The translations under genes and the position numbers were made by a program. Below, one piece after another: positions 1-9,228 of a DNA stretch of 55,225 nucleotides. The DNA comes from a virus. Lineage: Duplodnaviria > Caudoviricetes. A model generated the notes under the pieces. That model searched no databases. It was not told where the DNA came from and saw nothing but the letters and a program-made list of their open reading frames with translations. The stretch covers positions 1 through 55,225 of the IMG/VR virus record IMGVR_UViG_3300044675_002532. One strand, 5' to 3'. Every line of letters starts with the position of its first letter. Positions within the stretch are counted from its first letter, which is position 1.

Positions 1-208
1 TGTAGAGCGTGGTGCTTCCAACGAGAACGGGAATGCGACCCGCCTGAGTGGCGACCGTGCCAGACACAGAACCGTTGGTGAGCTGAGTCGAACCAATCGT
101 CAGCGTGCTGCAAACAAGGTTATCAATCGTAGCCGAAGCAACGGTTAAAACCGTACCAGAGAACCCGTTAAGCGAAATAACCGGTCCCGTAAATGTTGTA
201 TTAGCCAT
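1..208 (-). CDS. Small virion protein (partial; variant allele of 54659-54892)
   Basis: ATG at 208 with GAGGA SD; MANTTFTGPVISLNGFSGTVLTVASATIDNLVCSTL... runs off the window start. Confidence 0.8.
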   Translation of the reverse strand, partial: MANTTFTGPVISLNGFSGTVLTVASATIDNLVCSTLTIGSTQLTNGSVSGTVATQAGRIPVLVGSTTLY

Positions 209-219
209 GTCAATTCCTC

Positions 220-288
220 ATGCACAAGTCGCTCATCTGTCTGTGCATCGTCCGCTAGGCCGGTCAGATGAGCTGGTTACACCTAGTC
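220..288 (-). ncRNA. Structured RNA with a central stem and two pseudoknots, probably the Mu-gpT-DE motif
   Basis: Stem 231-239/265-273, pseudoknots 282-286/255-259 and 242-248/220-226; compensatory changes in the second copy; lies downstream of a Mu gpT-like capsid gene. Confidence 0.75.
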
Positions 289-297
289 CTATTTTCT

Positions 298-325
298 AGT
301 TTAGGCTTTTCTATAACGCCGTCAA
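298..325 (-). promoter_or_regulatory. Putative sigma70 promoter upstream of the structured RNA
   Basis: TTGACG-16 bp-TAAACT on the minus strand, identical in both terminal copies. Confidence 0.5.
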
Positions 326-326
326 G

Positions 327-359
327 CAAAAAGAAAGGGGGCCGAAGCCCCCTCTCTCC
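327..359 (-). terminator. Rho-independent terminator after the major capsid gene
   Basis: AGGGGGC-TTCG-GCCCCCT hairpin followed by TTCTTTTT. Confidence 0.85.
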
Positions 360-380
360 AGTCACTCGGACTGATCCCCG

Positions 381-1295
381 TCACACGCCAGGTGTGCCGA
401 AAACAGTGCGCGGGTCGGTCCAGCCGAAAGCGTAACGCTCCGTGCTCTTGAAGCGCGTGGAGTCGGTTTCGAAGTCACCTTCCATGCTCTTCTCAAGGCC
501 ACGACGCATCATCAGCTTCAAGCCTTCCGGAGCGTCCGTCTTCACCCACCAAGCAGTGGTCGAAGTCAAACGCGACAGGTTGGCCTGACCGCCAGCGAGG
601 AGACCCATCGACTTCACCGGGTTGATGTCGTTGTCAGCCGTGCCAGTACGGAGGACGCTCTTCAAGAGCACTTCCGCTTGGAACACGTTCGACGGCGACA
701 CAACGAGCTTCTCCGGGTTCAAACGGATGCGCTTGCCGTTGTTGTCAACAGCGTTGCGGATCTGAATGAGGATCTGCTCAAGCGAGGTCTGCGACAGGTT
801 CGCCGGAGTCGTCAACTGGTTGCTGAACGTACCCTGAGCAATCGGGTGGTTCGTCGCAACAAGCGTCACGCCGTCGCCGCCGTTGTAGCCAGCGGTGAAA
901 GCGCGGTTGAGGATGTTGGCACCGAGGGTTTCCTTCGTTTCGATCAGCGACTGCGCCAAGTGCTTGGCATAGGTCTGACCGATACGGATGTGGTCACCAT
1001 CTTCCACGAGCACCTTCGTGAGCGCGAACGCAAGGCCGTAGACCTTGTAGACGTAACGCTGCAAGAAGAGCACGCCGCCAGCATCATACGTAACAGCGGT
1101 GCCGTCCGGGAGTTCCGGAGCAGCGCCGAATCCGTACAGAACCGGCTCTTCGTGGTAGTTGCGGGGAATGCCCTGCTGCTGGACGAATACTTGCTTCCAC
1201 TCGTCAGCACGCTGGTCATAAATGCCATCGAAAGCCTCGTTAAGAATAGGCTCAACAATGGAACGAAAGTCAGTACTACGCATTGGGACTGCCAT
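381..1295 (-). CDS. Major capsid protein (Mu gpT-like, HK97 fold)
   Basis: 304 aa, AGGAGG RBS, motifs GGDGVTL..TNHP and ERYAFGWTDPR, followed by a strong terminator, within the head module. Confidence 0.9.
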   Translation of the reverse strand: MAVPMRSTDFRSIVEPILNEAFDGIYDQRADEWKQVFVQQQGIPRNYHEEPVLYGFGAAPELPDGTAVTYDAGGVLFLQRYVYKVYGLAFALTKVLVEDGDHIRIGQTYAKHLAQSLIETKETLGANILNRAFTAGYNGGDGVTLVATNHPIAQGTFSNQLTTPANLSQTSLEQILIQIRNAVDNNGKRIRLNPEKLVVSPSNVFQAEVLLKSVLRTGTADNDINPVKSMGLLAGGQANLSRLTSTTAWWVKTDAPEGLKLMMRRGLEKSMEGDFETDSTRFKSTERYAFGWTDPRTVFGTPGV

Positions 1296-1308
1296 GTTCT
1301 AGTCCTCC

Positions 1309-1869
1309 TTAAATGGCTGCACGGTCAGCGACAAACTGGTGCTCGCTGATCTGGACTTGAACAACAACGAAAGCGTCGCCCCAAGCGTTGTTGACATCCG
1401 GCTGGAGGTTAACAACACGGCAAAGAGCATTGCCCGAAGTGGTCTTGGTGGCAACGTCCAACATAGCCGCAGAGAGGCCAGTCGTCGTGCTACCAGCGGT
1501 GACACTGTCAAAGTCCATCTGGGAACCAATATCCGCAATCGACAAGGTCGCGTCCGATTGAATCTCGTACACGATAGCCGGATCGGTCGTCACATAAGCA
1601 ATGATGTCCGTGGCAGAAGTGCCAGCGGTCCACTTGTTGCTCACGCGGCGGCGACCATCGGTATCGGTGAACTCGACACCCATGAACGAACCCACGAAAG
1701 GAGTACTGGCACCAGCAGCCTGAATGTTGCCCGTTGAGCTAATCAGGACTGGCTGGAACTGGAGAATGTTGGCGTTGTAGCCCGACTCAATAGTCATCGC
1801 GACAGGGCGAACAACCCCGCTCGGATGAAAAGCCGGACGCAGGCCAAAAGCTGCACTGGTCGAAGGCAT
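1309..1869 (-). CDS. Capsid decoration/minor head protein
   Basis: 186 aa beta-rich protein (AFGLRP N-terminus) directly upstream of the capsid gene. Confidence 0.6.
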   Translation of the reverse strand: MPSTSAAFGLRPAFHPSGVVRPVAMTIESGYNANILQFQPVLISSTGNIQAAGASTPFVGSFMGVEFTDTDGRRRVSNKWTAGTSATDIIAYVTTDPAIVYEIQSDATLSIADIGSQMDFDSVTAGSTTTGLSAAMLDVATKTTSGNALCRVVNLQPDVNNAWGDAFVVVQVQISEHQFVADRAAI

Positions 1870-1900
1870 AATTTAAATCCTCACAAAACGTAATTGCTAA

Positions 1901-2437
1901 TTACGCCCACTCTGTTGGTGCGCGTACCTTAGCGGATTCCCGTATTGCCGACATGCCATCACCTTCGTCCATCCTTGAACCGGCGCGTTCAGCCTGCTCT
2001 CGCATACGCTCATTCGCACCGACCAGCCGTTCTTCTTCCTCATTGGGGGCATCGAAGTGCACCGCCTGCATGTACTTTTTGTACAGCGACATGGGAAGCT
2101 TGAACGCAAGCATCTCGTTGACTCCAACAAAACCCGTCCATTCGCCAGTCTTAATCGAGACATATTCCCAGCCGGGAACTTCCTCGGGTTTAATCGGCTC
2201 ATAACCTAGCCGAATGCGAGACTGGATCGAATCTCTCGGATTCGTGGTGGTCAACCAGCAAGTGTGGTAACCCGGAATCTTTGGCAAATCAGGCAACGCG
2301 GCCTGAATAAACTGCTGCCGAAACATCTCAACTCGGGCATCGTCTGACAGCTCACGGCTCTCAGTTGCTGCGCGATCATACGCAAGCCGGTTCTCACGCC
2401 CTTCGCCAAGAACTTTCTTCAGTCTTTCGTCGCTCAT
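1901..2437 (-). CDS. Conserved head-module protein
   Basis: 178 aa, GGGAG RBS, lies between scaffold and capsid genes. Confidence 0.7.
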   Translation of the reverse strand: MSDERLKKVLGEGRENRLAYDRAATESRELSDDARVEMFRQQFIQAALPDLPKIPGYHTCWLTTTNPRDSIQSRIRLGYEPIKPEEVPGWEYVSIKTGEWTGFVGVNEMLAFKLPMSLYKKYMQAVHFDAPNEEEERLVGANERMREQAERAGSRMDEGDGMSAIRESAKVRAPTEWA

Positions 2438-2454
2438 ATAACTCGCTCCCTTAT

Positions 2455-3468
2455 TTAGCGAGAAGAATTGTTACGATCATAGTCAGCATAACGCTTAATG
2501 TACTTCTGACGCAAGCTGGGGTTATCCCAGACTCCAGCGTCAATCAGTGCCTGTTTGCGTTCTGGGCTGATATAAACCTCTTTTCGGCTAGATGGCGCGG
2601 CATATTCGCGCTTGCCACCTACTGGGGGACCGCCCCGTTTCGCAGCCGGTTTGGCTTTTTCCATCGGGGTATCCTCTGCATATCGGTGCGGTAGACGCTT
2701 TGCTACGCGGTTATCCAGCTCAATCCAGTAATCTTCCGAAGCCGGATTGAAGCCCTCAGCGGCAAGACGCTGGTCAATGACCTTCACAATGGCCGAATCC
2801 TCATCCTTGCCGGACGGGTCGTACCAATCGTTTATCTTGACCCACTCTTGGGCATACGCAGCCACGCGAGGATCTTTCTGGGGTTTAGCCGGTTGACGGG
2901 GCTTCTCAGCCTCTTCCTTCACCGCTTTCAATTGACGCGCACGCTCCAAAGCCTGATCACGGATCTGAAGTGCCTTAGTGACATCTTCGCCCTGACCCTG
3001 CTCAATGGCCTTCGCCATGATGCGCTCAGCCAACTGGGCTTCGTTAAGAGCCTCGTTGAGCTTCTGATCAACCGCACTCAAATTAAATTGAGAAGTCTGC
3101 TTTTCGACGCTTGATAAGCGGCGCTTGAACTCCTCATTCTCCGCACGCAGGAACGCCAACTCGCGCTCTTTGTGCTCAATTGCAGCTCGCCTTCGGAACT
3201 TGCGGTTCTGACGCTGAGCACGTTTCTCTTCAGGCGTTAGCTGCTTTTTCGAGCCTTTGCCTTCGTCTTCTTCAGACTCTTCTTCGGAGAGTCGGGCGTC
3301 TTCTTGATAGTCGTCGTCGGAGTCGGCGTCACTATCATCTGATCCTTGCGCAACTTGCCCAGAAGGCTCTTCACCTTCCACTTCAGGTTGATCCACAGGA
3401 GTTTCAACTGCCACATACTCTTCTACTCCTTCGTTATCGTCTTCCGATAACACGTTATCTTTAGCCAT
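2455..3468 (-). CDS. Putative scaffolding protein
   Basis: Acidic N-terminus, long coiled coil, position between portal and capsid. Confidence 0.65.
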   Translation of the reverse strand: MAKDNVLSEDDNEGVEEYVAVETPVDQPEVEGEEPSGQVAQGSDDSDADSDDDYQEDARLSEEESEEDEGKGSKKQLTPEEKRAQRQNRKFRRRAAIEHKERELAFLRAENEEFKRRLSSVEKQTSQFNLSAVDQKLNEALNEAQLAERIMAKAIEQGQGEDVTKALQIRDQALERARQLKAVKEEAEKPRQPAKPQKDPRVAAYAQEWVKINDWYDPSGKDEDSAIVKVIDQRLAAEGFNPASEDYWIELDNRVAKRLPHRYAEDTPMEKAKPAAKRGGPPVGGKREYAAPSSRKEVYISPERKQALIDAGVWDNPSLRQKYIKRYADYDRNNSSR

Positions 3469-3478
3469 GATTTAGCCC

Positions 3479-3877
3479 TCAAATAAACGCTTTGATGGCA
3501 AGTGGATCACCCACTACACCACCCACGATGTCGAGATCGTTAAAGATTACAAACAGGGCTTCTTCTTCCCCGTCTTTGCCAAACGGCACCTTCCAACGAT
3601 CACCGCCGTACTTCGGTACACGGACGAACTCGCCGTCTTTGCACCAATTACCTTCCGGCCAAGATTCCATCGTGTTGCGATTCTTGAAGGCCAACGGCCC
3701 AAGCTTTACAACTTTTGCGATCTGGGTATTCCAGATCTCAGTCTCACGAGTTTCGGTGTGCAAAATAATGCCACCAGCAGAAGTCTTTTTTGCTGAGCGA
3801 ATCTGCACGAGGACTCGCGAACCAAACGGAATCAAACCCGGCTCTACACTAGGGAAAGCCTCTTCCAATGCTGACAT
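3479..3877 (-). CDS. groES: Co-chaperonin GroES-like protein
   Basis: IPFGSRVLVQ...KTSAGGIIL...VVKLGP..WCKDGEFV..PKYGG..IFNDLDI. Confidence 0.85.
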   Translation of the reverse strand: MSALEEAFPSVEPGLIPFGSRVLVQIRSAKKTSAGGIILHTETRETEIWNTQIAKVVKLGPLAFKNRNTMESWPEGNWCKDGEFVRVPKYGGDRWKVPFGKDGEEEALFVIFNDLDIVGGVVGDPLAIKAFI

Positions 3878-4075
3878 TTAGAACTCCTCTCCGTCTTCTT
3901 CGTCGGCTTTGAGAAGACGATCAATATAAGTTAATGCGGCCTGCAACCCGGCGTAAGTGCCCACTGCCTTGCCATATTCAAACGAAGCATCCTTACCTTC
4001 CAGTTGCCGCTTCATCGCGTCGTGTGCAACGCGAGCCTTGGCCAACTCCAATTCGTCAATGATGCGTTCAATCAT
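3878..4075 (-). CDS. Hypothetical head-module protein
   Basis: 65 aa helical ORF in the operon. Confidence 0.65.
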   Translation of the reverse strand: MIERIIDELELAKARVAHDAMKRQLEGKDASFEYGKAVGTYAGLQAALTYIDRLLKADEEDGEEF

Positions 4076-4242
4076 GCGTTTTGTTTACCCTTTGAGATCA
4101 TTGCAGGCGTTGCCTTAGGGTCGCCCTTAACACCCTTTGAGCCAGTATCGGCTCCCATCTTCCCGCCAGAAGGCATCTTCTGACCGTCCAATTTCACGCC
4201 CATCGCGAGCAACTTGTGTTGCTTAATGAATTGCTTTTCCAT
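4072..4242 (-). CDS. Small basic protein (56 aa, not in the ORF track)
   Basis: MEKQFIKQHKLLAMGVKLDGQKMPSGGKM...; fills the gap between portal and the next gene with an ATGA overlap. Confidence 0.65.
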   Translation of the reverse strand: MEKQFIKQHKLLAMGVKLDGQKMPSGGKMGADTGSKGVKGDPKATPAMISKGKQNA

Positions 4243-4254
4243 AACTCACCCCGT

Positions 4255-6777
4255 TTAAGGATTAATACCCGTACCCGTTGAAACACCAACCTTCTCGCCC
4301 GTGATCGCTTCCATCGCGGCAATTTGCTTCGCCGTATCGTTGTCTTCACGGTTCGTCATCATCTTAACTTCAAGCTCCGCAGCCTGACGGTTATCAAGGC
4401 GATCTTGCTTGATCATCTCGCGCTGCATGTTGTCCTGCTGACGCTGCGCCGTCTCTGCCGCTGCCTGCTGGGCCTTCGCCTGCTCAAGCTGCAACTCGGC
4501 CTGCTTAACTTGCAACAAGGCTTGATCTGCGGCGGCTTTGCGCTGCGTCTCGGCCATCTGAGCTGCCATACGCGGATCTTGCGGCGCGTTCATACCAGAC
4601 ATTTGCTGCAACATACCCATGGCTTGCTGCACAATCTGCGGAATCGCACCAAACGCCTGAGTCGCATCCGGAACCACGCGCTGACTTGCCGCTGCCAGAA
4701 GCTGATCAAAGCTCTTTTTGACCTCAACGTCCTTGATCTTCTGGAACTCGCTGATGTCTTGACCCGCTGCCTTGGAGGCCACTTCAAACACATGGGTGGC
4801 ATACCACAGAACGATATGCTCCTTGATGTGATTCAAAATTGACGGGACGTACATCGGCGCAATCAGCATCGAAGATCCCAAAATGGGACTGGTCAGATAA
4901 TCCAAGTGCGCCTGCAAATGCGCCAAGTGATCTTGCTCTGGGAACGCCGATACCGGACGACCCAAAGATGCAGCCACGTTCTCGTTGACCGCATTCATCT
5001 CCTTCGGCTCCGGGGCCGCGATCAGCAGTTCCTTCACATTCGGAATGCGTAGCTGCTGGAGAATGCGCTCTTCGACTTTGCGGACGTTGTAAATCTGCGG
5101 GAGCGCCATCGCACGTTGGGAGAGCGCCTGAACCTGAGCAAAACGCTGGGCCTCGGAGAAGATGTTCGGGTCCGAAACCGGCACCACATCCATCGGGCCT
5201 TCAAAGTCAGAACGCTTAACAAGCAATTCGCCCGTCTCGTCCTTAACCTCGTCGTCTTCCAGATACATCGCGTTGATGCGATGCAACACTTTGAGCGTGC
5301 GACCCATCGCATCATGCAAGCGAGCGTGAATGGCGTTAAACACCACCATGCCCTGCTCAATACGCGCCAACTGCGTGCCAACCGGCATATTGCCCTGATT
5401 GTCGGCAATGTCCTCTAAGGTAGTGCGAACAACGCCCTTACCCGCATCAACCAAGAATCCTAGGAGCTGATACAGAACCGGCGAGGGCTGATTGAACGGC
5501 AACGGCATCGCAATCTTGCGGATGTCATCGCTAAACGCACCACCCTCAATCTCTTTGACCTCGGTCGGATCAATACGCTCGGACTGACCGCCTTCACGAC
5601 CGCCCTTGAGCTTCAACATGCCGGGGAAGTTCGCGATATGAGCAGAATCCAAAAGCGCCCGTAAAGCACCCGTCGCCGCTGCTGAGATACCGCCAATCAT
5701 CTGCGGGATACCGATGGGATACGCACCGCGCCACGGCACAAACGGGAACTCCACAATCCACTGCATCTCTTGCAGCGTCTCGTCGCCCTCTTCCCAGTTG
5801 CGATAAACGGCGAGGACCTTACCCGTTACTTTGTCGATGGAGAAGATATACGGAGCGAGTCCATATTCCTCTTCGATGTCGGCAATAGCGTAAATCTCAA
5901 AGATCGTGCGCAGACCATCAACGTCATACGCGCTGCCATCACGGCCTTCGATCTTGTTGTTGGCTTTCTCAGCCTTCGAGACATCCGGCTCCATCGTCGT
6001 CGGAGCGAGGTCCACATCCCGGTACATCTCCGACTTCACGCGCTGGAGATACTCAATCTCCGTCACGTACTGAACGTGCGTCTTGCGCTCGGCGCTGTAG
6101 AAATTCGTTGCCGCATAGGGCAGGTACACATCGTCGATGCCGATAAAGAGGGGCACCGGTCGCTTCTTGTTCGGATCGTAAGAAAGCTTAAGATACTGAG
6201 CGCCACCGAGCGGAACCTGAGTGAGCAACTGCTCTAGTTCGGCCCGGAACTCCGGCATCTGCTGGGTCATCTGCCAGTTCAGATACCGCGTCTTGCGCTG
6301 GGCTTTGGCTACCTTGTCGGCCGTCTCGTCGCCTACGATTTGATCTTTGGCGGGTCCCTCGGGCGGGAAAAGCTCCTTAATAGCTCGGGCAGAGAAGTCC
6401 ACGCAGACTTCAGTGAGCATGGGATGGACGACCCGACTTGCGCCCTGAAACTGAGCGCCGCCCGGTGCATCGTCACCAAGTCCTGTGCGTCGGATTCCCT
6501 CTTCGTACTGCTCATCGCGCTTCTTACGCGCCTCTTTGTCCTTCGAGATTAAGCCCAAGAAGTCTTGAGCCACATCATCCATGACGCCTTCAGGGAGCTT
6601 CTCGGCTAAGTTCGCATAGAACTCGCTCTCACCTTCTGGCTCTTCCTCTTCCTCGCCAAAGCGAACAATCGCCCCACCATCCTCGGTGTCCTCAACGTCC
6701 GAAACCTCCTCAGGGAGTTCAAACATCTCACCAAGGTCTTCTTGGGCTTCGTCCAGATCGTTCGGCTCAGACGCCAT
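4255..6777 (-). CDS. Portal protein
   Basis: 840 aa directly after TerL, GASRVVHPMLTE motif, Gln-rich coiled-coil C-terminus. Confidence 0.85.
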   Translation of the reverse strand: MASEPNDLDEAQEDLGEMFELPEEVSDVEDTEDGGAIVRFGEEEEEPEGESEFYANLAEKLPEGVMDDVAQDFLGLISKDKEARKKRDEQYEEGIRRTGLGDDAPGGAQFQGASRVVHPMLTEVCVDFSARAIKELFPPEGPAKDQIVGDETADKVAKAQRKTRYLNWQMTQQMPEFRAELEQLLTQVPLGGAQYLKLSYDPNKKRPVPLFIGIDDVYLPYAATNFYSAERKTHVQYVTEIEYLQRVKSEMYRDVDLAPTTMEPDVSKAEKANNKIEGRDGSAYDVDGLRTIFEIYAIADIEEEYGLAPYIFSIDKVTGKVLAVYRNWEEGDETLQEMQWIVEFPFVPWRGAYPIGIPQMIGGISAAATGALRALLDSAHIANFPGMLKLKGGREGGQSERIDPTEVKEIEGGAFSDDIRKIAMPLPFNQPSPVLYQLLGFLVDAGKGVVRTTLEDIADNQGNMPVGTQLARIEQGMVVFNAIHARLHDAMGRTLKVLHRINAMYLEDDEVKDETGELLVKRSDFEGPMDVVPVSDPNIFSEAQRFAQVQALSQRAMALPQIYNVRKVEERILQQLRIPNVKELLIAAPEPKEMNAVNENVAASLGRPVSAFPEQDHLAHLQAHLDYLTSPILGSSMLIAPMYVPSILNHIKEHIVLWYATHVFEVASKAAGQDISEFQKIKDVEVKKSFDQLLAAASQRVVPDATQAFGAIPQIVQQAMGMLQQMSGMNAPQDPRMAAQMAETQRKAAADQALLQVKQAELQLEQAKAQQAAAETAQRQQDNMQREMIKQDRLDNRQAAELEVKMMTNREDNDTAKQIAAMEAITGEKVGVSTGTGINP

Positions 6778-8281
6778 ACGGATTACCTCTTGGGCGCTCG
6801 TTCACAATCATCCTAGGCTGCAACGGCTTAGGCTTACTCACGCTTATCATATCTTTATCGGCAAGGAAACGTAAACCTTGGGTGCAGGCGTCCATCAAAT
6901 CGTCATGCTTGATGGTTCCCTCACCCGAAAACGAGCAGAGTTGATACAACAATGGCTCCGCCCACGAGCGAATCTGGCCTTTTCGCTTATCCGACTCCAC
7001 AAACCACACCATTCCAGCCGAAAATAGGTGCGAAACCATGTGCAATCGCGTCAATTTACTTGCTTTTCCCGGATTGTAGGCGTGAGCGACGATTCCCTCG
7101 CGTGCCAGCATCTGTCTGAGGCTAATTCCGCTGCCTTTGTCTTCGATCACGATGGTATCGGGCTTTCTTCCGGTGTTTAACATGCGACCGGGACCGAATT
7201 TCGGCTTGATCATCGGCTTTTGCTCATCGTCGCCGTAGAAAACCTCCATCTCCCGCTTCACTCGTTGGATTAAATCCGGCATTCCCAGCCGATCTTCCCA
7301 ACAATCGAGCAAAATGATGTTCGGTTTCTCGTTTTCGTAGAAAAGTCCGAGCACCACACACGCTGACGGGTCGGAATCTGACGTTTTCTTATCGCGAGTT
7401 TGCTCCGTGAAGGCCGTATCTAGGCTCATCACGATGTGTTCCAGTATCGGAAGTGGCTTCTTTGCTGGCCAGAGCTGCACCCAAGGGCGCTTGATGATGC
7501 CCTGCTCTTCGGGATTGAGTACTTCGGCGTGAATTTCCTGTCTTCCGAGCGTCGTGCCCTCAAATTTCAGGAGCTGTTGCTGGAAAGTCGGAGCCAGATT
7601 CGCAATGTTCTCGTAAGTCGATGCCCTCGTAACGTGTACATCGGCTCCGTCACGCTCCACCAAGTCTCTAATGAGGGCTTTGGGCTTCGGAGTGGTGGTG
7701 GCAACGATTCGCGGATGGGACCCTAGACGTAGCGCGAACATGATCATGTCCCACGCTTCTTGGTCATACTGCCATGCGGCTAGCTCATCACACCACGCGC
7801 CGTGCCATTGTCCACCGCGTAGCCGGTCGGGAGTCTCTGCGCTGATGCCCTTGATCAGAGAACCGTTAACGAGAATGATTTCTGATAGCGATCGGTTGTA
7901 TTCCTTCACGATCGCAGGGGGCATGACCGAGATCAGACCCGAGTCACCCTCAAAACACGTATCTCGAATGTCCGCTGAAGTCGGTGCGCTCACCAACCAG
8001 CGCGTTTCCTTCGCCTGATACGCATTCCACCAAGTCCACTCCGCTGCTGTGCGGGTCTTGCCCGCACCACGACCGGCTAGCAAGAGCCAGACAGTCCAGT
8101 CGCCCTTCGGCGGGATCTGGTGCTTGTGTCTCTTACTGCTCCACCGCGCATGAAAAGTCAGCGCCTCCAGATCCTCGGTCGGAAGCTGAGCGAGCTTCTG
8201 CTCCAGCGGAGAAAGCTTCTTCGTTGCCGGAGGGGGACCCGGCGGGGTCCCAGCAGGGGACCCTTGAGCGGGCTGGTTCAT
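6767..8281 (-). CDS. terL: Terminase large subunit
   Basis: AGRGAGKT Walker A, WCDE Walker B, ATTTP coupling motif, SLDTA and HDDLMD nuclease residues. Confidence 0.95.
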   Translation of the reverse strand: MNQPAQGSPAGTPPGPPPATKKLSPLEQKLAQLPTEDLEALTFHARWSSKRHKHQIPPKGDWTVWLLLAGRGAGKTRTAAEWTWWNAYQAKETRWLVSAPTSADIRDTCFEGDSGLISVMPPAIVKEYNRSLSEIILVNGSLIKGISAETPDRLRGGQWHGAWCDELAAWQYDQEAWDMIMFALRLGSHPRIVATTTPKPKALIRDLVERDGADVHVTRASTYENIANLAPTFQQQLLKFEGTTLGRQEIHAEVLNPEEQGIIKRPWVQLWPAKKPLPILEHIVMSLDTAFTEQTRDKKTSDSDPSACVVLGLFYENEKPNIILLDCWEDRLGMPDLIQRVKREMEVFYGDDEQKPMIKPKFGPGRMLNTGRKPDTIVIEDKGSGISLRQMLAREGIVAHAYNPGKASKLTRLHMVSHLFSAGMVWFVESDKRKGQIRSWAEPLLYQLCSFSGEGTIKHDDLMDACTQGLRFLADKDMISVSKPKPLQPRMIVNERPRGNPYGV

Positions 8282-8511
8282 CGATAGCGCGAGGTCTTCT
8301 TCGCAATCTTCTTCGGCTGCGCTACAAACTGCTTACCCTGTGCTTTGCCCTCGCGCTTCGCACGAGTCGTGGCTGCGTACTCTTGCGGGGTCAGAGACTC
8401 AATCGCTGCCTTAGGAAGATACCGCTCGCCCGTCTTTGATGACGGCTTGCCTGACTTGGTGCGCCATTCTTGCGCGGTCCAGTCCTTGAGAGACTTCTGT
8501 GGGGCTTTCAT
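8278..8511 (-). CDS. Small basic protein (DUF5872-like, C-terminal half)
   Basis: MKAPQKSLKDWTAQEWRTKSGKPS..GERYLP; ATGA overlap with the upstream gene. Confidence 0.7.
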   Translation of the reverse strand: MKAPQKSLKDWTAQEWRTKSGKPSSKTGERYLPKAAIESLTPQEYAATTRAKREGKAQGKQFVAQPKKIAKKTSRYR

Positions 8512-8690
8512 GACTTGTACCCGCCGCCCTTTTCTTTGTAGCGTTTGGCTAAGAGCTGGGCTTTGCGCGCACTCCATTGACCGGCTGCGGTGCCTTGGGT
8601 TGCGGATGCCTTGATCTCGTTGAATAACTTCTTGCGCATCTCGGGCTTCGTGTAGTTACCCGCTGCGTTCACTTTAGACTTCGTTGGCAT
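8508..8690 (-). CDS. Small basic protein (DUF5872-like, N-terminal half)
   Basis: NYTKPEMRKKLF...GQWSARKAQLLAKRYKEKGGGY. Confidence 0.7.
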   Translation of the reverse strand: MPTKSKVNAAGNYTKPEMRKKLFNEIKASATQGTAAGQWSARKAQLLAKRYKEKGGGYKS

Positions 8691-9228
8691 TGTCAACACT
8701 CCAAATCTCAGTTTGACGCTTCAACTTCGGCCAGTTGGCTTCGGTGATGAACGATTTATCCAGCACCAAAACGTGGTTCGTAGGTTGCGCTGTATAGCGC
8801 CCGTTGTCCAGTTTGATGAAGTAGAACTCCTTGCTCTGCTCCGGCTCCAGACTGAAACCATCCATCATCGGGATCGCGGTAAACAAGTAGTTACCGGTGT
8901 GCTCTTGCTTGGACCGTAGCCGGGTACGCATTCGGGTCCCTTCGAGAAACGGATACTCCAGCACGCTGAACTGGTTGCCATAGCAATCCCAAGTCTGTGC
9001 GTCGGCGGGGTCCCAAGGGGTCCCTGTGATTTTGTGCGCGAGCTTGTGCAGCGGGACGTTTCGGTACACCGCCCCACACTCCAACATCACATGACACCCC
9101 CACGTTCTGCCCGGATGCGATACCAACCCAAACCACGCTACCCGTACCCAGTCTTCGTTGCCAAATGTGTTGGGCTGCACGTAGCAATAGGTGTGGCGGG
9201 GTAGGGGGGCGGCTCCGGTATACAGCAT
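8674..9228 (-). CDS. Conserved phage hypothetical protein
   Basis: 184 aa, GAVYRNVPLH and IKLDNGRYTAQPTN motifs. Confidence 0.75.
   Translation of the reverse strand: MLYTGAAPLPRHTYCYVQPNTFGNEDWVRVAWFGLVSHPGRTWGCHVMLECGAVYRNVPLHKLAHKITGTPWDPADAQTWDCYGNQFSVLEYPFLEGTRMRTRLRSKQEHTGNYLFTAIPMMDGFSLEPEQSKEFYFIKLDNGRYTAQPTNHVLVLDKSFITEANWPKLKRQTEIWSVDNANEV

Larger units (their letters stand above)
1..532. repeat. Imperfect terminal repeat, copy 1 (pairs with 54688-55225)
   Basis: 1-118 is identical to 54688-54805 and 406-532 is identical to 55099-55225 (127 bp); the middle differs by substitutions and small indels. Confidence 0.95.

Noticed and set aside
260-383. Stop-codon readthrough or frameshift extension of the capsid protein
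   Set aside because: The downstream reading frame is not conserved between the two alleles, and a terminator follows.
678-1349. Long antisense ORFs opposite structural genes (also 4324-4842, 39053-39856, 41527-42534)
   Set aside because: Shadow ORFs of GC-rich coding sequence with no RBS or recognisable motifs.
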